DNA from: an uncultured Gammaproteobacteria bacterium
Lineage (GTDB): Bacteria; Pseudomonadota; Gammaproteobacteria; Xanthomonadales; Xanthomonadaceae
Assembly (NCBI GenBank): GCA_963714135.1
Contig: OY970231.1
Coordinates: 3,111,219 to 3,175,218, forward strand
Length of the DNA: 64,000 nucleotides
Direction: 5' to 3'
The notes under the pieces were generated by a model. It saw nothing but the letters and a program-made list of their open reading frames with translations. It did no database searches and was not told the origin of the DNA. Each line of letters opens with the position of its first letter. Positions within the stretch are counted from its first letter, which is position 1. Both the position numbers and the translations under genes were made by a program. Below are positions 52,691 to 61,039 of this stretch, piece after piece.

Positions 52691-54691
52691 ATGTTGAAAC
52701 AACTGTTCAACGTCATCCCCGACGCCGTGCTCGTGGTCGATGCCGAGGGCCGGATCGAGCTTGCCAATCCACAGGCCGAAATCTTGTTCGGCTATCCGTC
52801 ACAGGGCTTGGTGGGTGTAGTGCTGGAGGCCTTGATGCCCGAAGGCGTGCGTCATCGCCACCGGATGCACCGTGCCGACTACATGGCTAATCCGCGTTTG
52901 CGGCCGATGGGCGGTACCGGGCAGACCTTGATCGGGCAACGGCGTGATGGCACCGAGTTTCCGGTCGAGATCGCATTGGGGTCGATCCAAACTGAGGATG
53001 GAACGCGTTACCTGGCTTCGATCCGTGACATCTCCGAATCCCAGCGCGCCCGCCAGGCACTGGTGCGGGCGCGCTATGACGGACTGGTCGCCCGGATCGG
53101 CCAATTGGTCCTGGCCTCGACCGATGAAGAAACCGCCATAGGCCAACTACCGGCCGAACTGGCAGCGGCGCTGGGCGTCGAAGCGGTCGCCATCGTTTCC
53201 GCCTCGTCCGAGCACGATCGCCTGCAAATACGCACCGCCAGCGGCCTGAGCAAGGCGATCGAGTCGGCGACGCTCTCGTCCCTGACGGCCGACAACCTGC
53301 TCGGCCAGGTCATCGTTACCGGACAACCCATGATCATCGAGGACTTCACCGACTCGTCTCATCCCTGCAGACCGCTGATCGAGGCGGGATTGCGAAGCGG
53401 CCTGCTGGTGGCGCTGTTCGATCGCGACCGGCCGGTAGGCGCGATGATGGCGTTGTCGATGCGGCCGCGCAGTTTCGATCACGATGCGATGCACTGTCTG
53501 CAATCGATCGCCAATCTGATCTCGACCCTGATCCAGCGTCGCCACACCGAAGAACAACTGGCGCATTCGCAGCGTCTGGACGCCATCGGTCAGCTCACCG
53601 GCGGTATCGCGCACGATTTCAACAATCTGCTGACAGTGGTCTCGGGCAACCTGCAATTGCTGGAAGACGAATGCCCGGAGAATCCGTCCATCCGCGACCT
53701 TGTCGAAAGCGCGCAACGCGCGGTCGGCCACGGCGCGGCCTTGACTCGCAAGCTGCTCGCCTTCGCCCGGCGCCAGCACTTGAGCCCGCGGCCGATCCAT
53801 CCCGGGCCGATGCTCGACGAGATCGGAACGATGCTCCGGCGTACACTCGGCGAACTGGTCAAGGTCGAGATCCAGTCGCAACCGGACATCGCTCCGATCT
53901 ATGCCGATCTGGCCCAGCTCGAATCGGCCTTGCTCAACCTCGCACTCAACGCGCGCGATGCCATGCCGCGCGGCGGAAGACTGACCATCGCCGTGCGCGA
54001 AGTCCAATTCGGCAGCGAAGCCGAACGCCTGGAACTCCAGCCTGGCCACTATGTCGTGTTCACCATCGCCGATACCGGCCACGGCATGGCGCCCGAGGTG
54101 CTGGCGCACGCGTTCGAGCCGTTTTTCACCACCAAGGAACCAGGCAAGGGCAACGGCTTGGGCCTGAGCATGGTCTATGGTTTCGTCAAGCAAAGCGGCG
54201 GGCAATTGCATGCCGAAAGCCGGCTCGGTTACGGCACCCGGATCGAACTGTTCCTGCCGGCGACACCATGCCCTGACGAGGAAGCGATAGAACCCGCGGT
54301 GGCCTCGGTTTGGCGCGGCAACGAAAGCATCCTGGTGGTCGAGGATGAACCGGTGGTGCGCGAGATCGCGGTAGCCTTCCTGCACTCGCTCGGTTACCGG
54401 GTGCAGGCGGTCGATGATGCGGCCAAGGCATTGCAACGATTGGTCGCCGATCCGGCGATCGCGTTGCTGTTTTCGGATGTCGCACTCGGCAATGACATGA
54501 ACGGCGCGGAACTGGGCATCGCCGCCCGGCAATTACGGCCGGATCTTCCGGTGTTGCTCACTTCCGGCTACGAGCACCCTGCTCCATCATTGAACGGAGA
54601 AACGACATGTCATTTCCACCTGTTGCGCAAACCCTATCGACGCGAGGAGTTGGCCGCCGCCGTTCGCAGCCAGTTGGATCAGAATGCGTAA
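52691..54691 (+). CDS. Hybrid sensor histidine kinase (PAS-GAF-HisKA-HATPase-REC)
   Basis: H-box IAHDFNNLLTVV. N, G1 and G2 boxes (NLALNARDAM, DTGHGM, GNGLGLSMV). C-terminal receiver (ILVVEDEP...LLFSDVAL). Confidence 0.92.
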   Translation: MLKQLFNVIPDAVLVVDAEGRIELANPQAEILFGYPSQGLVGVVLEALMPEGVRHRHRMHRADYMANPRLRPMGGTGQTLIGQRRDGTEFPVEIALGSIQTEDGTRYLASIRDISESQRARQALVRARYDGLVARIGQLVLASTDEETAIGQLPAELAAALGVEAVAIVSASSEHDRLQIRTASGLSKAIESATLSSLTADNLLGQVIVTGQPMIIEDFTDSSHPCRPLIEAGLRSGLLVALFDRDRPVGAMMALSMRPRSFDHDAMHCLQSIANLISTLIQRRHTEEQLAHSQRLDAIGQLTGGIAHDFNNLLTVVSGNLQLLEDECPENPSIRDLVESAQRAVGHGAALTRKLLAFARRQHLSPRPIHPGPMLDEIGTMLRRTLGELVKVEIQSQPDIAPIYADLAQLESALLNLALNARDAMPRGGRLTIAVREVQFGSEAERLELQPGHYVVFTIADTGHGMAPEVLAHAFEPFFTTKEPGKGNGLGLSMVYGFVKQSGGQLHAESRLGYGTRIELFLPATPCPDEEAIEPAVASVWRGNESILVVEDEPVVREIAVAFLHSLGYRVQAVDDAAKALQRLVADPAIALLFSDVALGNDMNGAELGIAARQLRPDLPVLLTSGYEHPAPSLNGETTCHFHLLRKPYRREELAAAVRSQLDQNA

Positions 54692-54713
54692 GCGGCAGGC
54701 CCTATGTGTCGAT

Positions 54714-55442
54714 TCAGTGACACGCCCGCGCTGTGGTCAGCAAGGTTTGCAGTGCGCCGGGATCGTTGAGCTGGATTTCGCGCTGCTCGACATCGATCAT
54801 GCCCAGCTCGTCGAAATGCGACAGCGCGCGGGTGACTGTCTCCAGTTGCAGGGCCAGGAAATTGCCGATTTCCGCGCGCGTCATGCGCAATCGCAATTGC
54901 CGTGGGCTGAAGCCCAGCGTGAGTTGGCGCGCGGCCAGGTCGAGCAAGAATGCAGCCACCCGCTGTTCGGCATTGAGCGTGCCCAGACTCAGCATCCAGC
55001 GCCAATCGCGGCGGATTTCGCCGGCCATCGCGGCGGTCAAATGCTCCTGCAATTGCGGCACCTTGGCGCAAAAGGCCGGCAACTGCGAACAGGGCAGATC
55101 CCAAACTTCCCCGATATCCAGCGCCACCGCATCGCAGGTGTAGGCCGACGTGCCCAGTGCGTCGATGCCCAGCCAATCGCCGCGCATCCGGAAGCCGGTG
55201 ATTTTTTCACGACCGTCCTCGCTCAGGACGCAAGCCTTGAAAAATCCTGCATGAACCAGATACAGCGAATGCAAGGGCTGGCCGGCACGAAACAAATACT
55301 GCTTGCGCTGGATCCGGCGACGGAACAAGTGCAGGCGCGAGCCGAGGGTCTCGATGTCCAGCGGTTCGAGTTCCATCGTGCCAGCTTGCGCATCGGCACT
55401 TTCACCGAAAGCGACAACAGCCAGTGCGGAGTCTGGGTACAT
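54714..55442 (-). CDS. FNR/FixK-class Crp-family regulator (no N-terminal Cys cluster)
   Basis: The C-terminal 242 aa of track ORF 54714..56123. ATG 55442 has GGAG 8 nt upstream. Barrel YLFRAGQPLHSLYLVHAGFFK. Recognition helix EIGNFLALQLETVTRAL carries the E--(S/T)R signature that reads TTGAT. Confidence 0.85.
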   Translation of the reverse strand: MYPDSALAVVAFGESADAQAGTMELEPLDIETLGSRLHLFRRRIQRKQYLFRAGQPLHSLYLVHAGFFKACVLSEDGREKITGFRMRGDWLGIDALGTSAYTCDAVALDIGEVWDLPCSQLPAFCAKVPQLQEHLTAAMAGEIRRDWRWMLSLGTLNAEQRVAAFLLDLAARQLTLGFSPRQLRLRMTRAEIGNFLALQLETVTRALSHFDELGMIDVEQREIQLNDPGALQTLLTTARACH

Positions 55443-55581
55443 GGCGTGAACTCCAAGTCGGGAGCGGGAAGACGAGACCACGCTATAGCGGCTTGGCAAC
55501 ATTGCGATGGCATGCGTGCAACGATGAGTAACGATGTGTAACCGCGAACTCGAGCTTTTTTCTTGACCAATATGTCGAAAC

Positions 55582-55595
55582 TTGATCGGCATCAA
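55582..55595. promoter_or_regulatory. Perfect FNR/FixK box TTGAT-CGGC-ATCAA
   Basis: 10/10 match to TTGAT-N4-ATCAA. Lies in the divergent intergenic region, 83 nt upstream of the RNR-like gene ATG and 140 nt upstream of the regulator ATG. Sequence confirmed through the track translation KLDRHQ of ORF 55563. Confidence 0.65.
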
Positions 55596-55677
55596 CACCG
55601 GCATCTCCAACGCGGCGATATTGGAATGAGGAAAACGATTCCTAACATCATCATTGAGCGAATTGCCTGTGAATGCC

Positions 55678-56754
55678 ATGACGCGTTTTTTCGAACCGAT
55701 GGCCGTCGATGCCTGGGATGCCTGGTTTCGTTGGCGGGACATGAGCGGATTGCACGATCTGACCATCGATGCGACGTGGGACCGCGTGGCCGATGCCATC
55801 GCCCGGGTAGAAGGCCGCATGGCTGGCCAATGGGCGCAACGCTTTGCCGACGCATTCGCCGCCTGGCAATTGTTGCCCAATGAAATCTTGCTGCGCGATG
55901 CCGGCACGGGCGCCGCCTTGCCGCCGCAAGACGCGCCGGCGGCGGTGCTCAATATCGCCGCTTTCGTCCGCGCACCGGTCGGCATGGTGCCCATCCTGGA
56001 TCGCGATCGCTTGTTTTCCGTGGCGGCGCTGGCCGTACGCATGCTCGACGATGTACTGCTGGCGGCGACACCACCGCCGGCAAAAACATCCGGCCTTCGC
56101 ATCGGCGTGATCGGCATGGCCAATGCGCTGTTCAGGCTGGGTCTGCGTTACGACAGCGATGCCGGGCGGCGGCAGGCCGCCGAGATCGCGCAAACACTGG
56201 CTGAAGGTTGTCTGCATGGCGCCATTACCCTGGCAGCCGAACGCGGCCATCCCGATCAGAACCGGCACCGACTGGCATTGCGCTGGCGCGATCGTTCCAT
56301 CTCGCCGGAATTGATCGCCGATGGATTGCACTGGGGAGTCCGGCACAGCAGGCTCACCGCCATTCAATCGCATCCTCGGTTGGCGCTGTTGGCCAACAAC
56401 GTGGCCGACGCGCTCGATCCGGTCCTGGGCCGCGATCGGATTGGCCGCCATAGAACCTACGATGGCCTGCCCTCCTCGGGTCATTATTCCGGAATCGAAC
56501 GGCGCGGCACCTACAACAAAGCGTACGCAGCCGAACCAGCGGAGACGCTGGAGTCCGTGCCGATCAAGGCGAGGATCGAACTGCGCGTGGTGGTGCAACC
56601 CTGGATCGACGCACCGATCGAATATCTGTTCGCCGCTCTGCAAGAACCCGATCCCGATATCCAGGCCCAATGCACCGCTCTGACGCGGTTATCGGGCCTG
56701 CCATTTCCAGGCTGGAGATTGCTCAACCATGCCGCGCCCCTGCGTCAGCGCTGA
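55678..56754 (+). CDS. Class II ribonucleotide-reductase-like protein lacking the catalytic core (probable pseudoenzyme)
   Basis: 358 aa from ATG 55678. Recognisable RNR blocks: TWDRVADAIARVEG, LLPNEILLRDAGTG (compare FIPNSPTLFNAG), AVRMLDDVL, LRIGVIGMANALFRLGLRYDSD, RHSRLTAI...ADALDP. About 300 aa are missing, including the CFV and NPCGE cysteines. Confidence 0.7.
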   Translation: MTRFFEPMAVDAWDAWFRWRDMSGLHDLTIDATWDRVADAIARVEGRMAGQWAQRFADAFAAWQLLPNEILLRDAGTGAALPPQDAPAAVLNIAAFVRAPVGMVPILDRDRLFSVAALAVRMLDDVLLAATPPPAKTSGLRIGVIGMANALFRLGLRYDSDAGRRQAAEIAQTLAEGCLHGAITLAAERGHPDQNRHRLALRWRDRSISPELIADGLHWGVRHSRLTAIQSHPRLALLANNVADALDPVLGRDRIGRHRTYDGLPSSGHYSGIERRGTYNKAYAAEPAETLESVPIKARIELRVVVQPWIDAPIEYLFAALQEPDPDIQAQCTALTRLSGLPFPGWRLLNHAAPLRQR

Positions 56755-56838
56755 AGACCTGGGCTGCGGCGCGGGCTGAATCGGAGCCCAGCAAAAGTCG
56801 AAACGACTCTCCGATTTTCCGGTCATCTGCACGCGCGA

Positions 56839-56870
56839 CACAAAACACTCTCGCCGCTGCCAAGCGGCGA
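56839..56870 (-). terminator. Rho-independent terminator candidate downstream of the DUF883 gene
   Basis: 8-bp GC-rich stem TCGCCGCT/AGCGGCGA (56851-56870) with a 4-nt loop. On the minus strand it is followed by GAGTGTTTTGTGT. Confidence 0.5.
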
Positions 56871-56938
56871 AAGCCCGGATCGGAGAAACATCGCTGCGGC
56901 CGGCGACTCCCGTCGGCCGCGGTGCTCAATGCCGATGC

Positions 56939-57241
56939 TCAATGCCGACGCGCCAACAGGCCCATCACGAATGCCGCGCCAGCGGCAACGCCCGCCACTG
57001 CCCAGGGATTTTCGTGAGCATAGGCATCGCCCCGGCGCACGGCCATCCGTGCCCGTTCGGCGGCATTGGCTTCCAGTTCCGCCAGGCGCTGGCGCGCACT
57101 GTGCAGGCGATTGCCCGCGCGCAATTTCATTTCCTCGACCTGGCCGCCGGTGGCGGAGCCGGCCTGTTGCAAGACGCGCTCGACGTCTTCGACGACGTGG
57201 CGCAAATCGGCTTTGATCCGTTCGGTGTCTAGTTGGTTCAT
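56939..57241 (-). CDS. DUF883 (ElaB/YqjD-like) membrane-anchored stress protein
   Basis: ATG 57241 is preceded by GAGGAGAG. Coiled-coil N-terminus. ENPWAVAGVAAGAAFVMGLLARR C-terminal anchor, typical of ElaB/YqjD. Confidence 0.85.
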   Translation of the reverse strand: MNQLDTERIKADLRHVVEDVERVLQQAGSATGGQVEEMKLRAGNRLHSARQRLAELEANAAERARMAVRRGDAYAHENPWAVAGVAAGAAFVMGLLARRH

Positions 57242-57335
57242 GGCGCTCTCCTCGGATGACATGTTTCAGGCTTTTCGAACGACTGCCAAAGCAAGGCCGG
57301 CATCGTGCCGGGCTGACGCTCGGCGCACGATGCAG

Positions 57336-57782
57336 TTATTGGATGGCGATCTTGTGCGAGCGCGTGCCGGCTTTCTTGGGCAAGGTCAGGTTCAATACAC
57401 CGTTGTCGTACTGCGCCCGGGCCTTGCTGTCATCGACCTCGTGCGGCAGCGTGAACGAGCGGTAGGTATTGCCGTAGTAGCGTTCGGCATGGATCTGCTT
57501 GCCTTCCTCTTTTTTCGATTCGCGCTTGATCTCGGCGCTGATGAGTACTTGCGCGCCATCGATCGAAACCTCGATGTCTTCTTTCTTCACGCCGGGAACA
57601 TCGACCTTGACCAGGTACGATTTGTCGTCCTCAGTCACATCCATGCGCAATTCAGGCGGGGTTTCGACATCGCGCATGAGCGGACGCAGGCCGAACCCGC
57701 GAAACATGTCCTCGAAATCGGAAATCGGATCCATCCGGGTCATCGGCTGTTTGAAGGGGTTCCAACGGGTCAACGTAGTCAT
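57336..57782 (-). CDS. Hsp20/alpha-crystallin family small heat-shock protein
   Basis: MTTLTRWNPF... start. Alpha-crystallin domain (YLVKVDVPGVKKEDIEVSIDGAQVLISAE..., YGNTYRSFTLP, DNGVLNLTLPK). Confidence 0.9.
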   Translation of the reverse strand: MTTLTRWNPFKQPMTRMDPISDFEDMFRGFGLRPLMRDVETPPELRMDVTEDDKSYLVKVDVPGVKKEDIEVSIDGAQVLISAEIKRESKKEEGKQIHAERYYGNTYRSFTLPHEVDDSKARAQYDNGVLNLTLPKKAGTRSHKIAIQ

Positions 57783-57894
57783 GATCGCAATCCTCGTGAG
57801 TTGGGCGGGGTCGAGTAAGGATAAAAGCCCATGCGAAAGCATCGGCTCATCGGCCGCCGGCCGCTTCGACAGGCGACCGGCCGAGATGAAATCT

Positions 57895-57909
57895 AGGCCG
57901 ATGCGGCCT
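57895..57909 (-). terminator. Weak hairpin downstream of the mgtA stop
   Basis: AGGCCG-ATG-CGGCCT (6-bp stem). On the minus strand it is followed by AGATTTCATCTC, which is only moderately T-rich. Confidence 0.3.
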
Positions 57910-57916
57910 GCCGATG

Positions 57917-57930
57917 TTGATGAAGGTCAA
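57917..57930. promoter_or_regulatory. FNR/FixK-type box TTGAT-GAAG-GTCAA upstream of the hsp20-DUF883 genes
   Basis: 9/10 match. Satisfies TTGA-N6-TCAA. Intergenic between the mgtA stop and the hsp20 start, centred about 141 nt upstream of ATG 57782. Confidence 0.45.
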
Positions 57931-57935
57931 CAGAT

Positions 57936-60515
57936 TCAAGCATCCTCATTCAGCCCCGCGCCCAAGTGACGATAGAACCAGCGTTTGCTCACTTCCGAGA
58001 CCACGATGTAAAGCGCGGTGATCGCCACAATCGCGACGAATATCCTGCCCGGCAGCGGTACGAATCCGAACGGACGGCCGAGCGGCGACATCGTCACCGC
58101 GACTGCCACCAGCATCATCGCCGGCGCGCTCCACATCAGGAAACGGCCGGGGCGGCTGCGATAGAACGGCCGGTAGGTGCGGATCACCAGCAATATCCAC
58201 AATTGGGTCAGAAGCGATTCCAAAAACCAGCCAGTGCGGAAAATGTCCTGGGCGCGCTCGGCCAGCATCATCAACACCGCGAACGTCAGCAGGTCGAACA
58301 CGGTGCTGGTCAGTCCGAAGGTCAGCATCGAACGGCCGATCATGCGAATATTCCAGCGATGCGGCGTGCGCTGCCATTGCCGATCGACGTTGTCGCCGCT
58401 GATGCCCATCGCCGGGATGTCGGACAGGAAATTGTTCAGCAGGATCTGCTTGGCCAGCAGCGGCAGGAACGGCAGGAACAGCGAAGCCAGCGCCATGCTG
58501 ATCATGTTGCCGAAATTGGCGCTGGTGGCGATGAAGATGTACTTGAGCGTGTTGGCGAAGGTATGCCTGCCTTCCTCGATGCCCTGGCGTAGTACATCCA
58601 GATCGTGCTTGAGCAACACGAAATCGGCCGCCTCCTTGGCCACGTCCACCGCCTGATCGACCGACAGGCCGACATCGGCCGCATAAAGTGCTGGCGCATC
58701 GTTGATGCCATCGCCCAGATAGCCCACGACGTGGCCGGTCTTTTGCAACGACAGGATGATGCGTTCTTTCTGGTTCGGGTCGATTTCGGTGAACAAGGTG
58801 ATCGACGGCGCCAGGTGCCAGAGCGCCTCATCCTTGAGCCGTTGCAGCTCCTGTCCGGTCAGCGTGCCGGTGACCGGCATGCCGATGGCGTCGGCCACAT
58901 GGCGGGCGACGAAGCGGTTGTCGCCGGTGATGATCTTCACATCCACGCCCAACGCGCGCAGCGCGGTCAAGGTGCCGGCGACCTGCGGATCGGGCGGGTC
59001 GAAAAACAGCAAGAACCCCACCAATGTCATCGCCTGCTCGTCGTCGCGCGCATAGCGCTCCTGCCGGCCGGCAGCTTTCGTCGCCACGGCCAAGACACGA
59101 TAGCCCTTCGCGCTCCAATCGACGAAGCGTTGCATCATTCCCGCGCGAGTGGCTTCATCGAACGCGACTTCCCGGTGCTGGATTCTTGCCAGTGCGCAGA
59201 TGCCGAACACATTCTCGACCGCGCCCTTGGTGATGATTGTCGCCGTTGGCGCATTGGCCGCCGCGACGACGACACTCAAACGCCGGTTCAGGAAGTCGTA
59301 CGGAATCTCAGCGATCTTCAGCATTGCGTCCGGCGAGGAATCCATCGCCACGCCTTCGCGTTCGCCACGGGCGATCACCGCATCGTCGAGCGGATTGCCG
59401 ATGCCGGTCTGCAATCGTGCGTTGAGCCAGGCCAGCCGGAATATCTCAGGCGCAGGCTGTCCCTCGGGATCGAGCGCGGCATCGAGTTCAACCACGCCGT
59501 GGGTGAGCGTACCGGTCTTGTCGGTGCAAAGCACATCCATGCTGCCGAGATTCTCGATGGCGTTCAGGCGTTTGACGATCACGCCCTGGCGCGCCATCGC
59601 CCGCGCGCCATGCGAGAGCGTGATGGTCAAAATGGCCGGCAGAAGTTCCGGCGACAGTCCCACCGCCAACGCCGCGGCGAACAGCAAGGTTTCGATGGTG
59701 GGACGATGCAGCAGGATATTGATCGCCAGCACCGCCACGACCACCGTCAGCATCAGGCCGATCAACAGGCCGCCGAATCGCCGCAGGCCGCGCTCGAATT
59801 CGGTTTCCGGCGCGCGCAGCATGAGTTTGCTGGCGATCTGTCCGTAAACGCTCGCCCGCCCGGTGTCCACCACCACCGCCCGCGCCCAGCCGCTGCGCAC
59901 CGAAGTGCCGGTGAACACGCAATTGCCGCGCTGCGCGAGCGTGGCGTCAGCGGCGCAGACGCCGGCGGATTTCTCGACCGGCAAGGTCTCGCCGGTCAGT
60001 AGCGCCTGGTTGACGAAACAATCGCGTGCATCGAGCACCCGGGCGTCGGCAGGAATCAGCGAACCGGCGGACAATTCGATCACATCGCCCGGCACCACCC
60101 GGGCGGTGGCGATCGATTGCAGATGACCGTCGCGCAGCACGCTGGCCATGACCGCCACTCGCCTGCGCAGTGCATCCACCGCGACCGATGCGCGATATTC
60201 CTGGACGAAACTCAGCACCGCGGTCAACAGCACGATGCCCAACACGATCGCGGCATCCAGCCATTGCTGCACGAGCATCGACACTAGCGCCGCGATCATC
60301 AGGATGATCACCAGCGGACTGGAAAAGCGGCTCAACAGCAAACGCAGCGTTCTTCCGCGGCCGTACTCGGCCAACTCATTGCCGCCGTGCCTTTGCAGCC
60401 GCTGTGCCGCCGTGGCACTGTCGAGTCCATCGGCACTGGCGGCCAGCGCCGACAACACGTCTTCGATCGGCCGGGACCAATACCGTTCGACATTGCGTGC
60501 CGGTGTTGGCTTCAT
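57936..60515 (-). CDS. mgtA: Magnesium-translocating P-type ATPase
   Basis: 859 aa. Phosphorylation site CTDKTGTLT. GDGINDAPAL. N-terminal GLDSATAAQRLQRHGGNEL, typical of MgtA/MgtB. GGAGAT SD. Confidence 0.9.
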   Translation of the reverse strand: MKPTPARNVERYWSRPIEDVLSALAASADGLDSATAAQRLQRHGGNELAEYGRGRTLRLLLSRFSSPLVIILMIAALVSMLVQQWLDAAIVLGIVLLTAVLSFVQEYRASVAVDALRRRVAVMASVLRDGHLQSIATARVVPGDVIELSAGSLIPADARVLDARDCFVNQALLTGETLPVEKSAGVCAADATLAQRGNCVFTGTSVRSGWARAVVVDTGRASVYGQIASKLMLRAPETEFERGLRRFGGLLIGLMLTVVVAVLAINILLHRPTIETLLFAAALAVGLSPELLPAILTITLSHGARAMARQGVIVKRLNAIENLGSMDVLCTDKTGTLTHGVVELDAALDPEGQPAPEIFRLAWLNARLQTGIGNPLDDAVIARGEREGVAMDSSPDAMLKIAEIPYDFLNRRLSVVVAAANAPTATIITKGAVENVFGICALARIQHREVAFDEATRAGMMQRFVDWSAKGYRVLAVATKAAGRQERYARDDEQAMTLVGFLLFFDPPDPQVAGTLTALRALGVDVKIITGDNRFVARHVADAIGMPVTGTLTGQELQRLKDEALWHLAPSITLFTEIDPNQKERIILSLQKTGHVVGYLGDGINDAPALYAADVGLSVDQAVDVAKEAADFVLLKHDLDVLRQGIEEGRHTFANTLKYIFIATSANFGNMISMALASLFLPFLPLLAKQILLNNFLSDIPAMGISGDNVDRQWQRTPHRWNIRMIGRSMLTFGLTSTVFDLLTFAVLMMLAERAQDIFRTGWFLESLLTQLWILLVIRTYRPFYRSRPGRFLMWSAPAMMLVAVAVTMSPLGRPFGFVPLPGRIFVAIVAITALYIVVSEVSKRWFYRHLGAGLNEDA

Positions 60516-60613
60516 CGGCGATCATCTCCGGTTTGTCGCGCACGGCCGGCCGGTGCCTGGACCGGATCGATGCCATTGCCATCGACAATGAACGCGGCCG
60601 CCGAGTCCGCGTA

Positions 60614-60627
60614 TTGATTTGGGTCAA
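60614..60627. promoter_or_regulatory. FNR/FixK-type box TTGAT-TTGG-GTCAA between mgtA and the DUF2934 gene
   Basis: 9/10 match. Centred about 70 nt upstream of ATG 60690 and about 105 nt upstream of the mgtA ATG. Confirmed through the track translation DIDPNQY of the antisense ORF. Confidence 0.45.
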
Positions 60628-60689
60628 TGTCCGGCGCCACTGCGCCACTATCGTGGACAGGCGAAACGGCATGCACGAGGAAACGCGTG

Positions 60690-60962
60690 ATGAGCAAGTC
60701 TTCCAGCACCACCACCGGCAAAGCGTCGCGACCGGCCAGTGTCAGGCCCCGCCTGACGGTGCGGTCCGAATCCATGTCCCGCAAAAAGCCCATCGCGCGC
60801 GCTACGGTCGCTAGAGCCGATGCGATCGACGAAAAAGCCCGGCACAAGATGATTTCCGAGTGTGCCTACTTCCGCGCCGAGCACCGCGCTTTCTCCGGCA
60901 ATGGCGAGCTCGACGATTGGCTGGAAGCCGAGCGTGAAATAGAACACAAGCTTCGGCACTGA
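60690..60962 (+). CDS. DUF2934-domain protein
   Basis: The C-terminal KMISECAYFRAEHRAFSGNGELDDWLEAEREI matches the DUF2934 signature as I remember it. The N-terminus is Ser/Thr/Arg-rich. Start taken at ATG 60690. Confidence 0.6.
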   Translation: MSKSSSTTTGKASRPASVRPRLTVRSESMSRKKPIARATVARADAIDEKARHKMISECAYFRAEHRAFSGNGELDDWLEAEREIEHKLRH

Positions 60963-61039
60963 TCCTCGTCCATGGGTCGTTCAGAACAGTTCCATCGGCA
61001 AAGCGCCTCGACGAACGCACGAACACCGGGAACCAATCG

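Noticed and set aside
57783-57935. Sigma-32 heat-shock promoter upstream of hsp20
   Set aside because: A CTTGAA hexamer is present, but no CCCCAT-like -10 element lies at the right spacing. The region is better explained by the FNR-type box and the mgtA transcript end.
60516-60689. Possible Mg2+-sensing leader (M-box, or mgtL-type proline-rich leader peptide) upstream of mgtA
   Set aside because: The available leader is short and shared with a divergent gene. I saw no proline-rich short ORF and no extended conserved helices. The only notable element is the FNR-type box.
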